From: Eledone cirrhosa
Taxonomy: Eukaryota
Assembly (NCBI GenBank): GCA_964016885.1
Contig: OZ024764.1
Location: 21,328,001 to 21,392,000 of the forward strand
Direction of reading: 5' to 3'
Length of the DNA stretch: 64,000 nt
Shown: piece by piece, positions 38,113 through 51,409 of the stretch
How positions within the stretch are numbered: position 1 is the first letter of the stretch
Layout: every line of letters begins with the position of its first letter
Translations under genes and position numbers: made by a program
Notes under the pieces: model-generated
The model's input: the letters and a program-made list of their open reading frames with translations, nothing else
What the model was told of the DNA's origin: nothing
Database searches by the model: none

Positions 38113-39399
38113 ATGTCGAAAAATATAGTAAAATCACCATTCCACTGTGATATCTGTGGTAAATCATTCTCTCGTAGTAATACCTTAGCTACCCACAAAC
38201 GTACTCATACAGGAGAGAAGCCATATCCCTGTGACATCTGTGGTAAATCATTCAGTCACCGTAGTAACTTAACTACTCACAAACATATTCATACAGGAGA
38301 GAAGCCTTATAAGTGTGATATCTGTAACAAATCATTCAGTCACAGTAGTAGCGTCAGAGTTCACAAACAAATTCATACAGGAGAGAAGACACATCACTGT
38401 GATATCTGTAGTAAATCATTCTCTTGCAGATATAGCCTAACTACTCACAAACATATTCATACAGGAGAGAAACCATATCACTGTGACATCTGTGGTAATT
38501 CATTCTCTCAGAGTAATAACCTAACTACTCACAAACATATTCATACAGGAGAGAAACCATATCACTGTGACATCTGTGGTAAATCATTCTCTCATAGTCA
38601 TCACCTAACTACTCACAAACATATTCATACAGGAGAGAAACCATATCACTGTGACATCTGTGGTAAATCATTCTCTCAGAGTCAGCACCTAACTACTCAC
38701 AAACGTATTCATACAGGAGAGAAACCATATCATTGTGACATCTGTGGTAAATCATTCTCTCATAGTAATCACCTAACTACTCACAAACATATTCATACAG
38801 GAGAGAAACCATATCACTGTGACATCTGTGGTAAATCATTCTCTCAGAGTCAGCACCTAACTACTCACAAACGTATTCATACAGGAGAGAAACCATATCA
38901 TTGTGACATCTGTGGTAAATCATTCTCTCATAGTAATCACCTAACTACTCACAAACATATTCATACAGGAGAGAAACCATATCATTGTGACATCTGTGGT
39001 AAATCATTCTCTCATAGTAATCACCTAACTACTCACAAACGTATTCATACAGGAGAGAAACCATATCACTGTGACATCTGTCGTAAATCATTCTCTCAGA
39101 GTATTCACCTAACTACCCACAAACGTACTCATACAGGAGAGAAGCCATATCACTGTGACATCTGTGGTAAATCATTCTCTCATAGTCAATACCTAACTAC
39201 TCACAAACGTATTCATACAGGAGAGAAGCCATATCCCTGTGACATCTGTGGTAAATCATTCTCTCATAGTCAATACCTAACTACCCACAAACGTACTCAT
39301 ACAGGAGAGAAGCCATATCCCTGTGACATCTGTGGTAAATCATTCAGTCACCGTAGTAACTTAACTACCCACAAACGTACTCATACAGGAGTACTCTGA
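38113..39399 (+). CDS. C2H2 zinc-finger protein C, 15 fingers
   Basis: 428-aa ORF; ends HTGVL* because the 16th finger is partly deleted (out-of-frame DSSTLTKHVCIHTEV* at 39398-39445). Confidence 0.92.
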   Translation: MSKNIVKSPFHCDICGKSFSRSNTLATHKRTHTGEKPYPCDICGKSFSHRSNLTTHKHIHTGEKPYKCDICNKSFSHSSSVRVHKQIHTGEKTHHCDICSKSFSCRYSLTTHKHIHTGEKPYHCDICGNSFSQSNNLTTHKHIHTGEKPYHCDICGKSFSHSHHLTTHKHIHTGEKPYHCDICGKSFSQSQHLTTHKRIHTGEKPYHCDICGKSFSHSNHLTTHKHIHTGEKPYHCDICGKSFSQSQHLTTHKRIHTGEKPYHCDICGKSFSHSNHLTTHKHIHTGEKPYHCDICGKSFSHSNHLTTHKRIHTGEKPYHCDICRKSFSQSIHLTTHKRTHTGEKPYHCDICGKSFSHSQYLTTHKRIHTGEKPYPCDICGKSFSHSQYLTTHKRTHTGEKPYPCDICGKSFSHRSNLTTHKRTHTGVL

Positions 39400-39922
39400 C
39401 AGTAGTACCTTAACCAAGCATGTGTGTATTCATACAGAAGTTTAGCTGTATCAATATCAAACTCATTACATCATACTACAACAACAACAACAATTGTGTA
39501 GATCCATCATCCTTGCTAAAACTGGGGATAACCTTGTAGGTTTTACCTATGACAGGGATCATAAACACCAGGTTTCCATTTTTGAAGCAGTGTTTGAAGA
39601 TTTTGTGTAAATTAAAGTTTTTCACATTAAACTTTGATTTATTATACTTTAACAGGTAAGATATATATTTGTATTTTTAGTAAAGGTTTGGGCATTATGT
39701 AATTTAAACCTGCCAATAAAATGAAAATTGTTGTTGCTAGTCAGACATTGATATTAATTCTATTGTCCTGTACATTGTCTCAAATATCACAGATTAAACA
39801 GATTTTAACAATAACAACAGAAATCAATAATTTGTAAGCCCAATATCTAGCTTCCATTTTAACTATTTGATATTGTTGTTCTCCTCCTGTCTCTTCAGGT
39901 GTTTTAGATTTCAACTTCTATC

Positions 39923-40021
39923 ATCATCATCATCATCATCACCGTTTTACGTCCGTTCTTCCACGCTAGCATTGGCCAGAGGTCACGGTTGTAATACAGA
40001 GGTGTAATTGGGTACGGTCGG
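39923..40021 (-). mobile_element. 99-bp 5'-truncated RTE-type insertion
   Basis: (ATC)n tail; TSD CTTCTATC at 39915-39922 and 40022-40029; absent in other units. Confidence 0.8.
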
Positions 40022-40199
40022 CTTCTATCTACTGTACTATTCCATCACCAAGGCAACATTCATCTGGCTGACAGCTTACATCAGCTACAGATCTCATCAG
40101 TGGTTCACAACAGGCTGTCTGAAAGAAACTTCCAGATATCTTCTATGTCATAGCTATCAATCTCCTCCTCCTTATCATATGTATCATGTAGAACATCTC

Positions 40200-41868
40200 T
40201 GAATTTATATTTAAGAGGGAGATCTTTTACTGTCCCTACCCTTTTGTTAGATTGTCTTGTACCTCTCTCACAGTCCCTCTAGATCTTATATTTAACAGGG
40301 AGATCTTTTACTGTCCTTACCCCTTTTGTTAGATTGTCTTGTACCTCTCTCACAGTCCCTCTAGATCTTATATTTAACAGGGAGATCTTTTACTATCCCT
40401 ACGCTTTATTTAGGTTGTCTTACATGTGGCCGGTGCTCTGGTGCAATAAGTAGCAGCAAGTGCCCACGAAATACTAGCTCTTTCAACTGCGCAGAGGGCT
40501 CTATAGAAATAGTGGACAGCTTCCGTTACCTGGGTGACAAAATCAGCAGTGGGGGAGGGTGCTCCGAAAGTACAGTAGCTAGAGTCAGAACTGGATGGAA
40601 AAAGTTCAGAGAGCTTATACCACTATTAGCCGCTAAAGGGTTCTCCCTAAAAATGAAAGGCAGGTTGTATGATGCCTGCATACGAACAGCAATGTTGCAT
40701 GGCAGTGAGACCTGGGCATTGTGTGCAGAGGATATACGCAGACTAGAGAGGAATGAAGCTTGCATGCTCCGCTGGATGTGTAATAGTAATATACGCGAAC
40801 GGCAAAGCATAAACGAACTAAGGAAAAAATTAGAAATAAGAGGGATCAGATGTTGTTTACTCGAGAGAAGGCTACGTTGGTATGGTCACGTGATGCGCAT
40901 GAAAGACAACAGCTGTATAGCAAAGTGCAGGGCAATAAAGATAGACGGTAGGCACGGAGTAGGCAGACCCAGAAAAACCTGGGACGAGCTGATAAATTCC
41001 GACCTCACACACTTACACCTCTCCAAGACAATGTCACTGGACTGAGAGCTTTGGCGGTACTCAGTAATAGAGAAGACCCGTCTTACCTAAATACAAAGTA
41101 AAACCTACTACAGTCAGTAGGCATCTCTAACAAAATACAACCCCGTCCCACCACCCCCACCCCATCCACACCGCCCCTTTCAATGTAAAGTTATGTTGGT
41201 GTCACAACATCCAGGCCGAAACGAATGAGATTGTGTAGGTCTCACGACAAAAAAAAACACAGTCCACGCTGTAATATGACCGTGTAGGCAACACGGTAAA
41301 AACCTCCCAGTCCCACACTGTAAATGTGGTTGGTGTTAGGAAGAGCATCCAGCTGTAGAAAACCAGCCAGACAGTCCACGCTGTAATGTGGCCATGTAGG
41401 CAACACGGTAAAAACCTCCTAGCCCCACACTGTAAATGTGGTTGGTGTTAGGAAGGGCATCCAACTGTAGAAAACCCGCCAGACAGTCCTATGCGAGCAA
41501 GACAACCACTCTTGCCTCAAGTGGGAAAACTCCCGTCCAAACCCATGCAAGCATGGAACATGGACGTTAAACGATGGTGATGATGATGATGTCTTGTACC
41601 TCTCTCACAGTCCTCTAGATCTTATATTTAACAGGGTGATATTTTACTATCTCTACCCTTTTCTCTAGGTTGTCTTGAGCCTCTCTCACAGTCCCTGTAG
41701 ATTTTATATTAAACAGGGAGATGTTTTACTGTCCCTACCCTTTTCTCTAGGTTGTCTTGTACATCTCACAGTCCCTGTAGATCTTATATTTAACAGGGAG
41801 ATCTTTTACTCTCCAACCCTTCTATCTCCAGATAGTCTTGTATCTGTCAGTCCCTCTAGATCTTACAC
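40200..41868. repeat. 82-bp minisatellite split by an RTE insertion
   Basis: Units at 40200-40421 and 41590-41868. Confidence 0.85.
40422..41589 (+). mobile_element. 5'-truncated RTE LINE with 3' UTR and (GAT)n tail
   Basis: ORF 40512-41045 FRYLGD..MLHGSETW..RLRWYGHV..GRPRKTW; TSD TGTCTT (40416-40421 and 41590-41595). Confidence 0.92.
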
Positions 41869-42142
41869 CTAGTATCTAGTCTATGTTGAGTGGTACGTCC
41901 TTCTCCAGTAAAGGAGTTAATATTCCCAACCATCTGTCTATCCTGTTTTCTGATGAGAATGAAGTCAATCTAGTTTATCTCTTCACCTGATTGAAGTAAC
42001 TAGATGGTTTCCTGTAAGTTAGTGTTGCAGTGTTTGTGTCACCATGTAAGGTTTATATCTATTAATATAGAGATGTAGTAAAGTTTTCACTGTTGTATCT
42101 CTACTTTCTAAATATCTTAATAATGTTTCTCTACTATTTCAG

Positions 42143-42590
42143 AATATCACATGACCTTGACAGAAAAGAGTCTTTTAAAGACAACAGAAAGATGTTACAT
42201 ACAAGTGATATAAACTTGTTTAGTCTGTGGTGAATTATGGTGAAATATTTCTTCTGAATTGAGATAAATAACAACATTTTCCTTTTTCACTGTCTGGAAT
42301 ATTTACAAGATGATTTTACATTCTGATTGAACTTTGGATATTTACAAAGGCGTTTTCAAAATATTTGGATATTGACAAAGATCACATTTGATAAAATTAT
42401 GAACAATAGAAATATTTACATCAACATAGGAATATTTTCCAGAAGAGATGGGAAAATCATTATACCACTGTAATATTTGTGGTAAAGTATTCTCTCTTCT
42501 TTATATGTAGAACATCTAACTATACACTTTAATTAACAAACTATTGTGCTATAGAATTGACAAACTTGAGGAATGTTTAATAAATGTTAC
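42143..42590 (+). pseudogene. Relic ZNF exon, unit C
   Basis: ATG 42448 MGKSLYHCNICGKVFS; paralog of 4473-4914. Confidence 0.65.
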
Positions 42591-42638
42591 AGATTTCTCC
42601 AAACTGTCGTTTACTAACTTTAATTTGAAACTATATTA

Positions 42639-43056
42639 TCTATATACTACTACTAAAATTCTGTGATTGTGTCTTGTCTGTAATTTAATACAGCTAAAAC
42701 AGTGCATAATGGGGAAATACTTTGAAAAGAATAAAACAATTTTTGTATAAATTGGGGCACAGGTTCCCAAGATACGGGGTTTTCTGGGTACCTTCATAAA
42801 TATAGGGAGAGAAAGAGATAGTGGTTGTGAGAGTGTGGATTGAAAAGGAGAGATAGAAGGAGATGGAAGGAAAGGGGAAGAGAGAGACAGAGACCTGGTG
42901 GTGATGTTTAATAAAATGTGTGTGTATATATATATATGTGTGTCTATATATATATATGTCTATATTTTAACTATTTGAAAATTATTTTTAAGTGAACATG
43001 ATTTTAGAAAAAATAGTTTTAAGGGAACGTGACCCAACAGGTCCCGGGTGGTCTAG
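42639..43056 (+). mobile_element. Non-autonomous Helitron
   Basis: TC...CTAG termini as in other units. Confidence 0.7.
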
Positions 43057-43616
43057 TTTGTTACTAAATACTAGATATTAGAGGGTCATGTTGTTCTAGA
43101 TGTGCTGGAAGAGCCATTCCATCTCGTGAGGCTCACACCAGCAGCTAGCCACCTCAGCACCTATGGTGGTATATTTATTATATTATTTAATTTGCTGTTG
43201 ATCTCAGTTACCACTTTCACCATTATCCAATCCCTTAGCTGTCACCATGTTTTATCAAATGTTCAACCATACTGTTGTCACCAATCTAGTAAATATTCAA
43301 TCTCTCAGCTGTCACCTAATTTTAAATGTTCCACCATCCTGTTGTCACCTATCTGTAGTAGATATTCCATCTATCATCTGCCACTAGTTTCTTGTAAGTA
43401 CTGAAGTGAGGCTACTGATCTCCCAGACAGACCAAGGATCTGAGACTTATTTACATAAGGTCTCATTAGCTACTGAGTGCACAGAAAAGCTTGTCATGTC
43501 TTTGTCATGATTGAAGAGTTCTCCGACACTATTGTCGGGCAAGCTTTCTATGGCCAGATGTCCTTCACATGACCAACCACATTACAGCCTGTGTTGGGTG
43601 TGTTTATCATGTAGGT

Positions 43617-45945
43617 GAGGCATAAGAAATTGAGGGTTGCCCAAGGTCCACATAGGTACAACTAATTATGTACACGACAACTAATTATTCATTTAATAAA
43701 ATATATTGCAGAAAGATTTGTTACTTAAATTTAGAAACATACAATGTACATACAAATGTTTTAGCAGCATTCATGAATACAAAGTTATGAAGTAGTTTGA
43801 CAAAAAACTAAAATTTCACATGTCAACATATACTTGCAGATTGTAACAGCAACAAATACATTGTACACAAATAACAACAGTTGAAAACTGAAGATTTATT
43901 TGCTACTATTCAACCATTTTTAGTGTTTTGTCCTGAGGCTTGACACTTCTTTCTGTTGACAATGTTTGGTATGTCTGGCTGAAATGTCTGTACAGTTCCA
44001 ACTTTAATCAGATGACAAGTGTTGATCCGTCAGCCTTGTTGTCTGAGAAGTTTTTGTTAATTTCATGAAGGAAAATAACTGTCCACTCACATAGGTAGAA
44101 CCAAACATTGCCATAATCTTTGTGACAAACTTTCTGATGTTAATAAACTTTTCAGGAAGGTATGAAAAGAAACCAGGTATCCCCACTACAAGATACTTTG
44201 TTCTGAGTGTAGAATCTGACTGCATTTCCAATAGTTCCATCTCCAGGCATTCTTCTGCCTTCATCAAAGGTGAATGGTGCTGAGAATAATGTAAACTGAT
44301 GTTCAAAAAATGAGAAATCACAAAATCTTTCTTGAAATTTCTTTAACAACAATTCCAGGTGACTGTCATACTTAACTAGGCTAAATACAGACTCAGTATT
44401 GGCAGTGTTTTTCAGCTCTTTGCACATAGGGAAATGAACTAAATTTTCAGCTGACAACGGAGATTTCCATAAGCTTAGTTTTCTAATGAAGCACTTGATG
44501 TCATCATTCAACTGATTGATGGGTTTGTTTTAACCTTGTACTTTCAAATTAAGATCAGTTAATTGTGCAGTAATATCCACAGCAAAAATCAGGTGTTGGA
44601 GCCAACCTTCATCTTTTATTTCATCTGTGTTTTGACCTTTCACCTCCAAAAACATAATTATTTCAACAAATAGAATCTTTTCAGCACTTTGTGACATGTC
44701 AACCAGCAGACTTCTGTGTAGAATGGAACATCGGTGAACTGATTATCCATATCTTCCAACAACTGGCTGAACTGACGGTGTTTGAGAGCACGGCCTCTGA
44801 TTTAGTTCACTGTCTTTGTGACCAACCTAAGCACATGATGCAATTTTAAAATCTTTGAACATAAATTTTGCTGATGAATAATACAGTGAAAATGTGCAAA
44901 TGATGAATCTAGATATGAGTTTTCTATTTTTGTTTGTAACTTGGCAGCAACACCATTATGTCTACCAACCATATTTGCAGCACTGTCAGTAGATAAACAT
45001 GCAAGTTTACTCAGATCAAAACCATGCAGACCCTGCTTGACCTTCTCAAAGATGTTCTGGCTTGTTATAGTGTCATGCTTGGGGACCAGTTCAATCAGTT
45101 CTTCATAAATATTAAATTCACAGTCACAGGCCCTGATGAAGAATGCAAGCTGTACTATTCCAGTGATGTCAACAGTCTCTTCAATAGCAATAGAAACATG
45201 TTCAAACCTTGATGATACAGCCTTTAACTGTTGTTTCAGATCACCTGACATTTCATTAATCTGTTCAGCAACAGTGTTCCTTGTTAATGTCTTTGAATAA
45301 CTCTGCTTTCTCTGGACAATTTCAGCTGTTTTTACAAGACATTACTTTACAAAATCTCCTTCACTGTAAGATTTCCCACTCATGGCAATCATTCGACTGA
45401 GTTCATAGCTTGCAGTAACAGAAGTGACATTCTCTTCCTGAATTAACATAAAACAGGTCTGTTGCTGTGTCAAGTTAGACTTCAATTCCTTGAGTCTTGA
45501 AACACACATTGGGCCTTCATATTTATCGTAAGATTGATGGTTTGTTTCATAATGTGTTTTTAAATTGTACTCTTTTGGCGTGGAGATGTAGTTGTTGCAA
45601 ATTAAACAGTGTATCTTTCTGTTCACCATTGGGCAAAAATACTGTAATTCCCACTTTTCTTGAAACACTTGCCCTTCTTCGTTCAATTTCCTTTTTCTCT
45701 TAGCTGGAGGAGCACTAACCATTTCAAAAACAAAATCTTTTGAAATTTTGAAAGAAAGTTTTCTGTTAATGAGCTGCACGTGATTAATGGAAGTTAAAAG
45801 TCGTTGACAAAATTTGCCCCCAAAAAATAATTGTATCGAAAATGTTTTAAATTTTATATTACGAAAATGAAACATGCTCGCACTGTAAAAACCTTTGTGT
45901 GGGCCGCAGGTTTGCTTGCCAAGGGCCGCATGTTTGACATGTCTG
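43617..45945 (-). mobile_element. hAT transposon, most complete of three copies, still disrupted
   Basis: ORFs 45342-45983, 44802-45251, 44152-44511, 44004-44321 (HCIIHQQNLC, MFGSTYVSGQLFS); TSD ATGTAGGT/ATATAGGT. Confidence 0.9.
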
Positions 45946-46751
45946 ATATAGGTTACCAACACTAGGCAGGGCAGCATGTCCATCAGTGTCTTCTGCTACA
46001 TTAACTACCAGGAGGTCACCACATGAGACAAAGACCAAAGACTACATTTCAAAGAAGGGTCATAAAAGAACTAAATACAAAAGTCCTCGCAGTAAAACAA
46101 ATAATTGAGCTTTGGGTCTAGGTCAAGGGGCAGAAGTGCTGTACCCTGTGGATAAGACTGCAAAAGTATTCGCCCCGGACAGTGACACCCACTGCAATAG
46201 CCACCCCAACCCCATGGGACTCCCTCTTCAGAAGGGCCACCAATGTTCTGATCTTACAGAGGAGCTCGCCCGTACAGGGTCCAAGTACTTCTGAGGTCTC
46301 GATGGTGACCAGTGTGAAGAGACCTACAATTGATGTCATCCCAGTTATGTTGGACTGTAATATACTGGGGTATAGAGAGGCCTTAATCTGTCTCAGCCGA
46401 GCCACTCAGGGTTGTGTCATCTAGGTACTAGACAGGGGTGACTAGACCATGTTGTCAACTGTCAACACCAATAGGAGTGAGGCGAGTGGGTCCCCTTGCG
46501 AGACACCATATATAAAACGTATTTGCTAATTACTTTAATGAATAATTTGTTTCATACGTAATTATTACTTTTAACACAATAGGATTTTGTACACGTGTTT
46601 GTTTGAAAACATCTTTCAAAGAAGTATGAGACAGTCTTTTGTAGTGTTTATTATAATAAATTACTGTATGTTGAGCTGTTTTAACTTCTCCACCTTCCAT
46701 TATTTTATATTGTTTTTGTAAAAAAACGAGATCTTTTTCATATATATATAT

Positions 46752-46965
46752 GAAGGCGTGTGGCTTAGTGGTTAGAGAATTGGATTCGGAATTATGAGAT
46801 TGTGTGTTCGATTCTCAGACTGGGCGATGCGTTATGTCCTTGAGCAAGACATTTTATTTCACGTTGCTCCTTCTAGCTGGAGTTGCGACCGATATATAGT
46901 ATTAGCAATTGGAAAGACCAATGGAAACATTGTTTCCTCGGTCCGATTTGACGAAAAGTCGATCA
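46752..46965 (+). mobile_element. tRNA-derived CORE-like SINE (duplicated with the unit)
   Basis: Same site and sequence as 32918-33132. Confidence 0.8.
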
Positions 46966-48002
46966 TAAAAAATATACATAGAGAGAGAGAGAAACACACA
47001 AACATACACTACTGTATTACATATGTCAGGGGAGATAACTCTCGTTACATCCCCCCTTCTTTTTGATATACGTCCTTTAAATACTTTGTTCAATGGAATC
47101 TACTTTATTTTGTGTCCTAAGTAGATTTCTGTTTAATTATTTACGACATTCACAATGATTCACGTAACCAAGTTACTTACATAGAGATATATTTCACATA
47201 GAATCACAACAAATGAAAATATTAAGTCAACACTCTGTCAATCAGTCTCACATCACATGGGGTGCCGGAGTCTCCCTCTAATACTTTCTGAGACAGTCTT
47301 ACCTCGAGTGATAGCAAGGCTAAGATGTTGGAACTACCAAACAGCCTCATATGTATCATCTGACACCTCGGTAAGGAGAGCTGCCAACGATAACAAGAAC
47401 CTCGTTGTCAGGGACCTATCTCCTCCAAACTTCTCCAACACCACAGACTAGAATATTCTACTCTTTATTCCCTATCAAATATATTTCAGTCTAGTCATTT
47501 ATCTTGTATCTTGTATATGTATTTTCAAAACTAACTGTCACATTTGTGAGACCCCAGTTAGTGATGTTTTTCTCTTCCTCCCACATCCTACATGCTGTAA
47601 TAAAAGTGAGGGTCACTGCTTCTGTAGACGAACGAAATAAAAGTTAAACTACCAGTAATTATCGGCAAAGTATTTATTCCAGTCTGTGATGTTTGAGAAG
47701 CTGGGCTGCTGACAACGAAGTTGTGGTCACTGTTGGCGGCTGGCTTTACCGAAGTACCCGATGACTCTTGTGAGGGTACTTAGCTGTTCTGGCGGTTTAG
47801 CCTCTATGACATGATTTTACTGAGATACCCGGTGATCTCTGTAAGGGTACTTAGCTGTTCTGGCGGTTTAGCCTCCATATGACCCGATCTTACCGAGATA
47901 CCCGGTGATCTCTGTCAGGCTACTTAGCTGTTCTGGCAACTTAGCCCCCATATGACCCGATTTACCGAAGTACCCGGTGATCTCTGTAAGAGTACTTAGC
48001 TG

Positions 48003-48650
48003 GGCATAGGTTAAGTTTTACGTCCTCGAAAATGAAACTAGGTTTTCTGACAAGTGAATGTGTTTTTTTTTTTTTTACAATGAAATTTACGATACACTCT
48101 TTGTTTATTTACAACAGGTCTCTATAGTGATATGGTGTTAATTAGTATTGCGTGTGTGATTATTTTCTCTTATATATATATGTGTGGGTGTGTATATGTG
48201 TGTATATATATGTGTGTCTGTATGTATATATATATATGTGTTTGTATATATATATGTGTTTGTGTCATCATCATCGTTTACATTTTTTTACCCAAATCCC
48301 TTATCATTCTTTGTCCTTCCTATGACCCGGCCTTAATTTGTTTATAGTTGGTGCCAACTTTGGCAAGATATTACAAAAACATCTAAACGATGATGATGAC
48401 ACAAACACATATATATATACAAACACACATATATATATATACATATACACACACATATACACACCCACACATATATATATATAAGAAATAATAATCACAC
48501 ACGCAATACTAATTAACACCATATCACTATAGAGACCTGTTGTAAATAAACAAAGAGTGTATCGTAAATTTCATTGTAAAAAACAAAAAACACATTCACT
48601 TGTCAGAAAACCTAGTTTCATTTTCGAGGACGTAAAACTTAACCTATGCC
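48003..48650. mobile_element. Foldback MITE with about 280-bp TIRs, possibly Merlin-type
   Basis: GGCATAGGTTAAGTTTTACG...CGTAAAACTTAACCTATGCC; 8-bp TSD CTTAGCTG; empty site in B and C. Confidence 0.88.
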
Positions 48651-48739
48651 CTTAGCTGTTCTATTTTAATTACATTTACTGATTTAAACTTTCATTTTTT
48701 TATTACAAACTTTACATAATTTAATTCCGTAAAAATATT

Positions 48740-48884
48740 TTACGTCACAAAAAAACTTGACCTTTGACATTGAAGCATGCGCAGTGGTGCAGTTGTCGAC
48801 TTCCTGTCCACGTGTTAGTCTTCCTACAACATCATTTAGAAAACATTTCTGTAAATACTAAACACCTGAGTCTATAATGTAAGT
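48740..48884 (+). promoter_or_regulatory. Putative promoter and exon 1 of ZNF-D
   Basis: GCATGCGCAG 48775, ACTTCCTG 48799, CACGTG 48809, GTAAGT 48879. Confidence 0.65.
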
Positions 48885-49424
48885 ATTATGTCTATTAATA
48901 TTGTAGATTTAAGCTCACTCTTCACATCACAAATATATATTTTCTTGTTTGTTTCATTACTGGAAATATAAAATGTTATCGTAATTATCTATATTTTACC
49001 TACCTCTAATTAATTAAAGTGAAAACTTTTGTTGTTGCTGAAAAATAAATTAACAAAACTAAATATTTAAATATTCTAAAGGTCGTTTTTATATTATGTG
49101 ATGATATAATTAATATATTTTATTACAATTGTATAAATTTACAGTAGAATAACGTTGTAAATATGTTTTAAATATATACATAAATAACATAAGTGTGTAA
49201 ATAACATTATAAATTGCTGGCAATTCCTTGAGAAAGACATTACAAATATATTGTCTAAACTGTGTATAATAATATAATTTATTGAACAATAATGATAAAG
49301 GAAAGAAAAACACAGTGGGAGATGGCAATTCACCACCAGGTGTGATAATAGGTCACACCTCACACCTTAGGGGTTAACTACACACTTTGAGGAGAGCCAA
49401 CACACTGGCAGCATTACTAAGGTG

Positions 49425-49633
49425 TTGAAATAACCAGGTACCCTCACGGGTATCACCTGGTACCTCAGTAAGGTGAGGCTAAGGATCTGAAATAACCAGG
49501 TAGCCTCACGGGTATCACCTGACACCTCGGTAAGGTGAATCTAAGGGGCTGAAATAACCAGGTACCCTCACGGGTATCACCTGACACCTTCGTAAGGTGA
49601 GTCTAAGGGGCTGAAATAACCAGGTACCCTCAT
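49425..49633. repeat. 62-bp tandem repeat (about 3.3 copies)
   Basis: TGAAATAACCAGGTACCCTCACGGGTATCACCTG repeated. Confidence 0.85.
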
Positions 49634-49991
49634 GGAAACGACTAGATTTGTAGAAAAAGTAGGGTGAAAGTATACGAAGAGATGTAGTTTCACAGATCTA
49701 CTCACACCTCACGTTGGGTGGGAAATAATTATTTTTCTTAGATTTTTTTCTAGACCCCTTTTCAATATTTTCTCTGAACCCCTTAGATACTTGCAATAGA
49801 CGTTTTATTCCCCAGTATTAGGGTTAGGGTTTCTGTTTTCAGGAAGAAAAGTCGATTGCAAACATCTAAGAGGTCGAGAAATAAAATTAAGGAAAGATAA
49901 TTATTTCCCAGCCAACTGGAGAAGTGTGTAGCTCTTCTAAACTCCGATAATCCTGTCTCCCACTTCTTTATCTACAAATCTAGTCGTTTCC
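49634..49991. mobile_element. Palindromic MITE-like element
   Basis: TIR GGAAACGACTAGATTTGTAGA / TCTACAAATCTAGTCGTTTCC; further internal inverted matches; TSD not evident. Confidence 0.7.
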
Positions 49992-50393
49992 TGCTACTTT
50001 GAAGGCCCTATTTATTGATAACACCACTTGTAAATCTTTGTCAACTTTTCATACGTAAATTGTGAATCAGTTATTTTTAAACAAACTATCAAAGAAGTGA
50101 TCTCACAGTAACTGTGTTTGATTTAATCAACTTATTCCCCCCAAACATTGTTGACCTTGTGTCTAAATCAGAAACTATTATAAGATCTTAAATCAACCTC
50201 GTAAAGATGAAGGGCAAAGCTAACCTCGGCGGGATTTCAACCCTTTATGTTATGAGTTCAAATCCCACCAAAGTTAACTTTGTCTTTCATTCTAAAGGAG
50301 TGGATAAATTAAAGTTCCAGTAATCTACTGGGGTCTGAGATATTAAGGTTTGAGTAGATTCTATCTTTTTGTTTGTTTGTATTTATAATCTTA

Positions 50394-50546
50394 CTAGAAA
50401 CCCTGTGACCTGTTGGATCACGTTCCCTTTAAAAATAATATTTAAATAATTAAAATGTACACAGACATGTATATAATGTAAAATGAAATTAGTAGGCCCA
50501 TGTATATATATATATATATATATATGCGTGTGTGTGTATATATATA

Positions 50547-50580
<34 letters not shown>

Positions 50581-50850
50581 CACACACGTCACTTGTTATA
50601 ATTTTATAACTTTGTTCAACAGCCCCACCAGCTATCTCTCTCACACACACCCATTATCTTTCTCTCTCTATTTATAAAGGTACCAGAAAAACCCCATATC
50701 TCGGGAACCTGTGCATTGATTTACGTGAAACTTATTTTATCCCATTTGTATTCCCATTTCAGGGTCAACTTCCTTTCAAACTATTTTCCCGTTATGCCCC
50801 GTTTTAGCTGTATTACATTACAGACAAGACACAATCACAAAGTTTTAGGT
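50394..50850 (-). mobile_element. Diverged inverted copy of the Helitron family
   Basis: Reverse complement ends AAGGGAACGTGATCCAACAGGTCACAGGGTTTCTAG|T; 5' end approximate. Confidence 0.7.
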
Positions 50851-50999
50851 TTATAATGTTATAGTATCATGAGAGGGTAATACAGTTATTTATAGACCTG
50901 TGGTAAATGTTGGTTCAGTCCACCCTGGGGGGTGTAAGTGTTGGTTCAGTCTACCCTGAGGGGTGTCAGTGTTGGTCAATGATAACCTTTATAACTAGA

Positions 51000-51400
51000 G
51001 GCCTGTTGGTGAGGACAAGCTGGAAGTGGTGACATCTTTCTGCTACCTGTGTGACATGTCAGCTGGAAGTGGTGCCAAGTTCACTGCCATCGTGCTGTGC
51101 CACTCCACAGGTAACAAGTTTAGGCAGCTTCTCCTAATCCTCAAGACATGCTGGCTACCATTAGACACCATGGGGCAGATTTATAACACCTGTGGGAGAA
51201 GCGTGTTGTTTCATGCCAGCGAGACCTGGGCCATGTTATCTGACTGTCTGAATTGACTCTGAAGAAATGACAGAGCTATGATCCACTGGATGTGTAGTGT
51301 GACCATTGAGGATGATGTCAGCTCAACTAAGCTCCTAAAATAACTGCTGATCGACGACCTCAAGGATGTGTTTCACAGGAGACACATGCACTGGTATGGC
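51000..51400 (+). mobile_element. Old RTE 3' remnant
   Basis: LEVVTSFCYL..GQIYNTCGRSVLFHASETWA. Confidence 0.65.
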
Positions 51401-51409
51401 CATGTTGTT

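Noticed and set aside
48132-48522. Two mirror-image small ORFs MVLISIACV
   Set aside because: By-product of the foldback inverted arms and microsatellites.
49817-49832. Interstitial telomere
   Set aside because: Only two TTAGGG units, inside a MITE.
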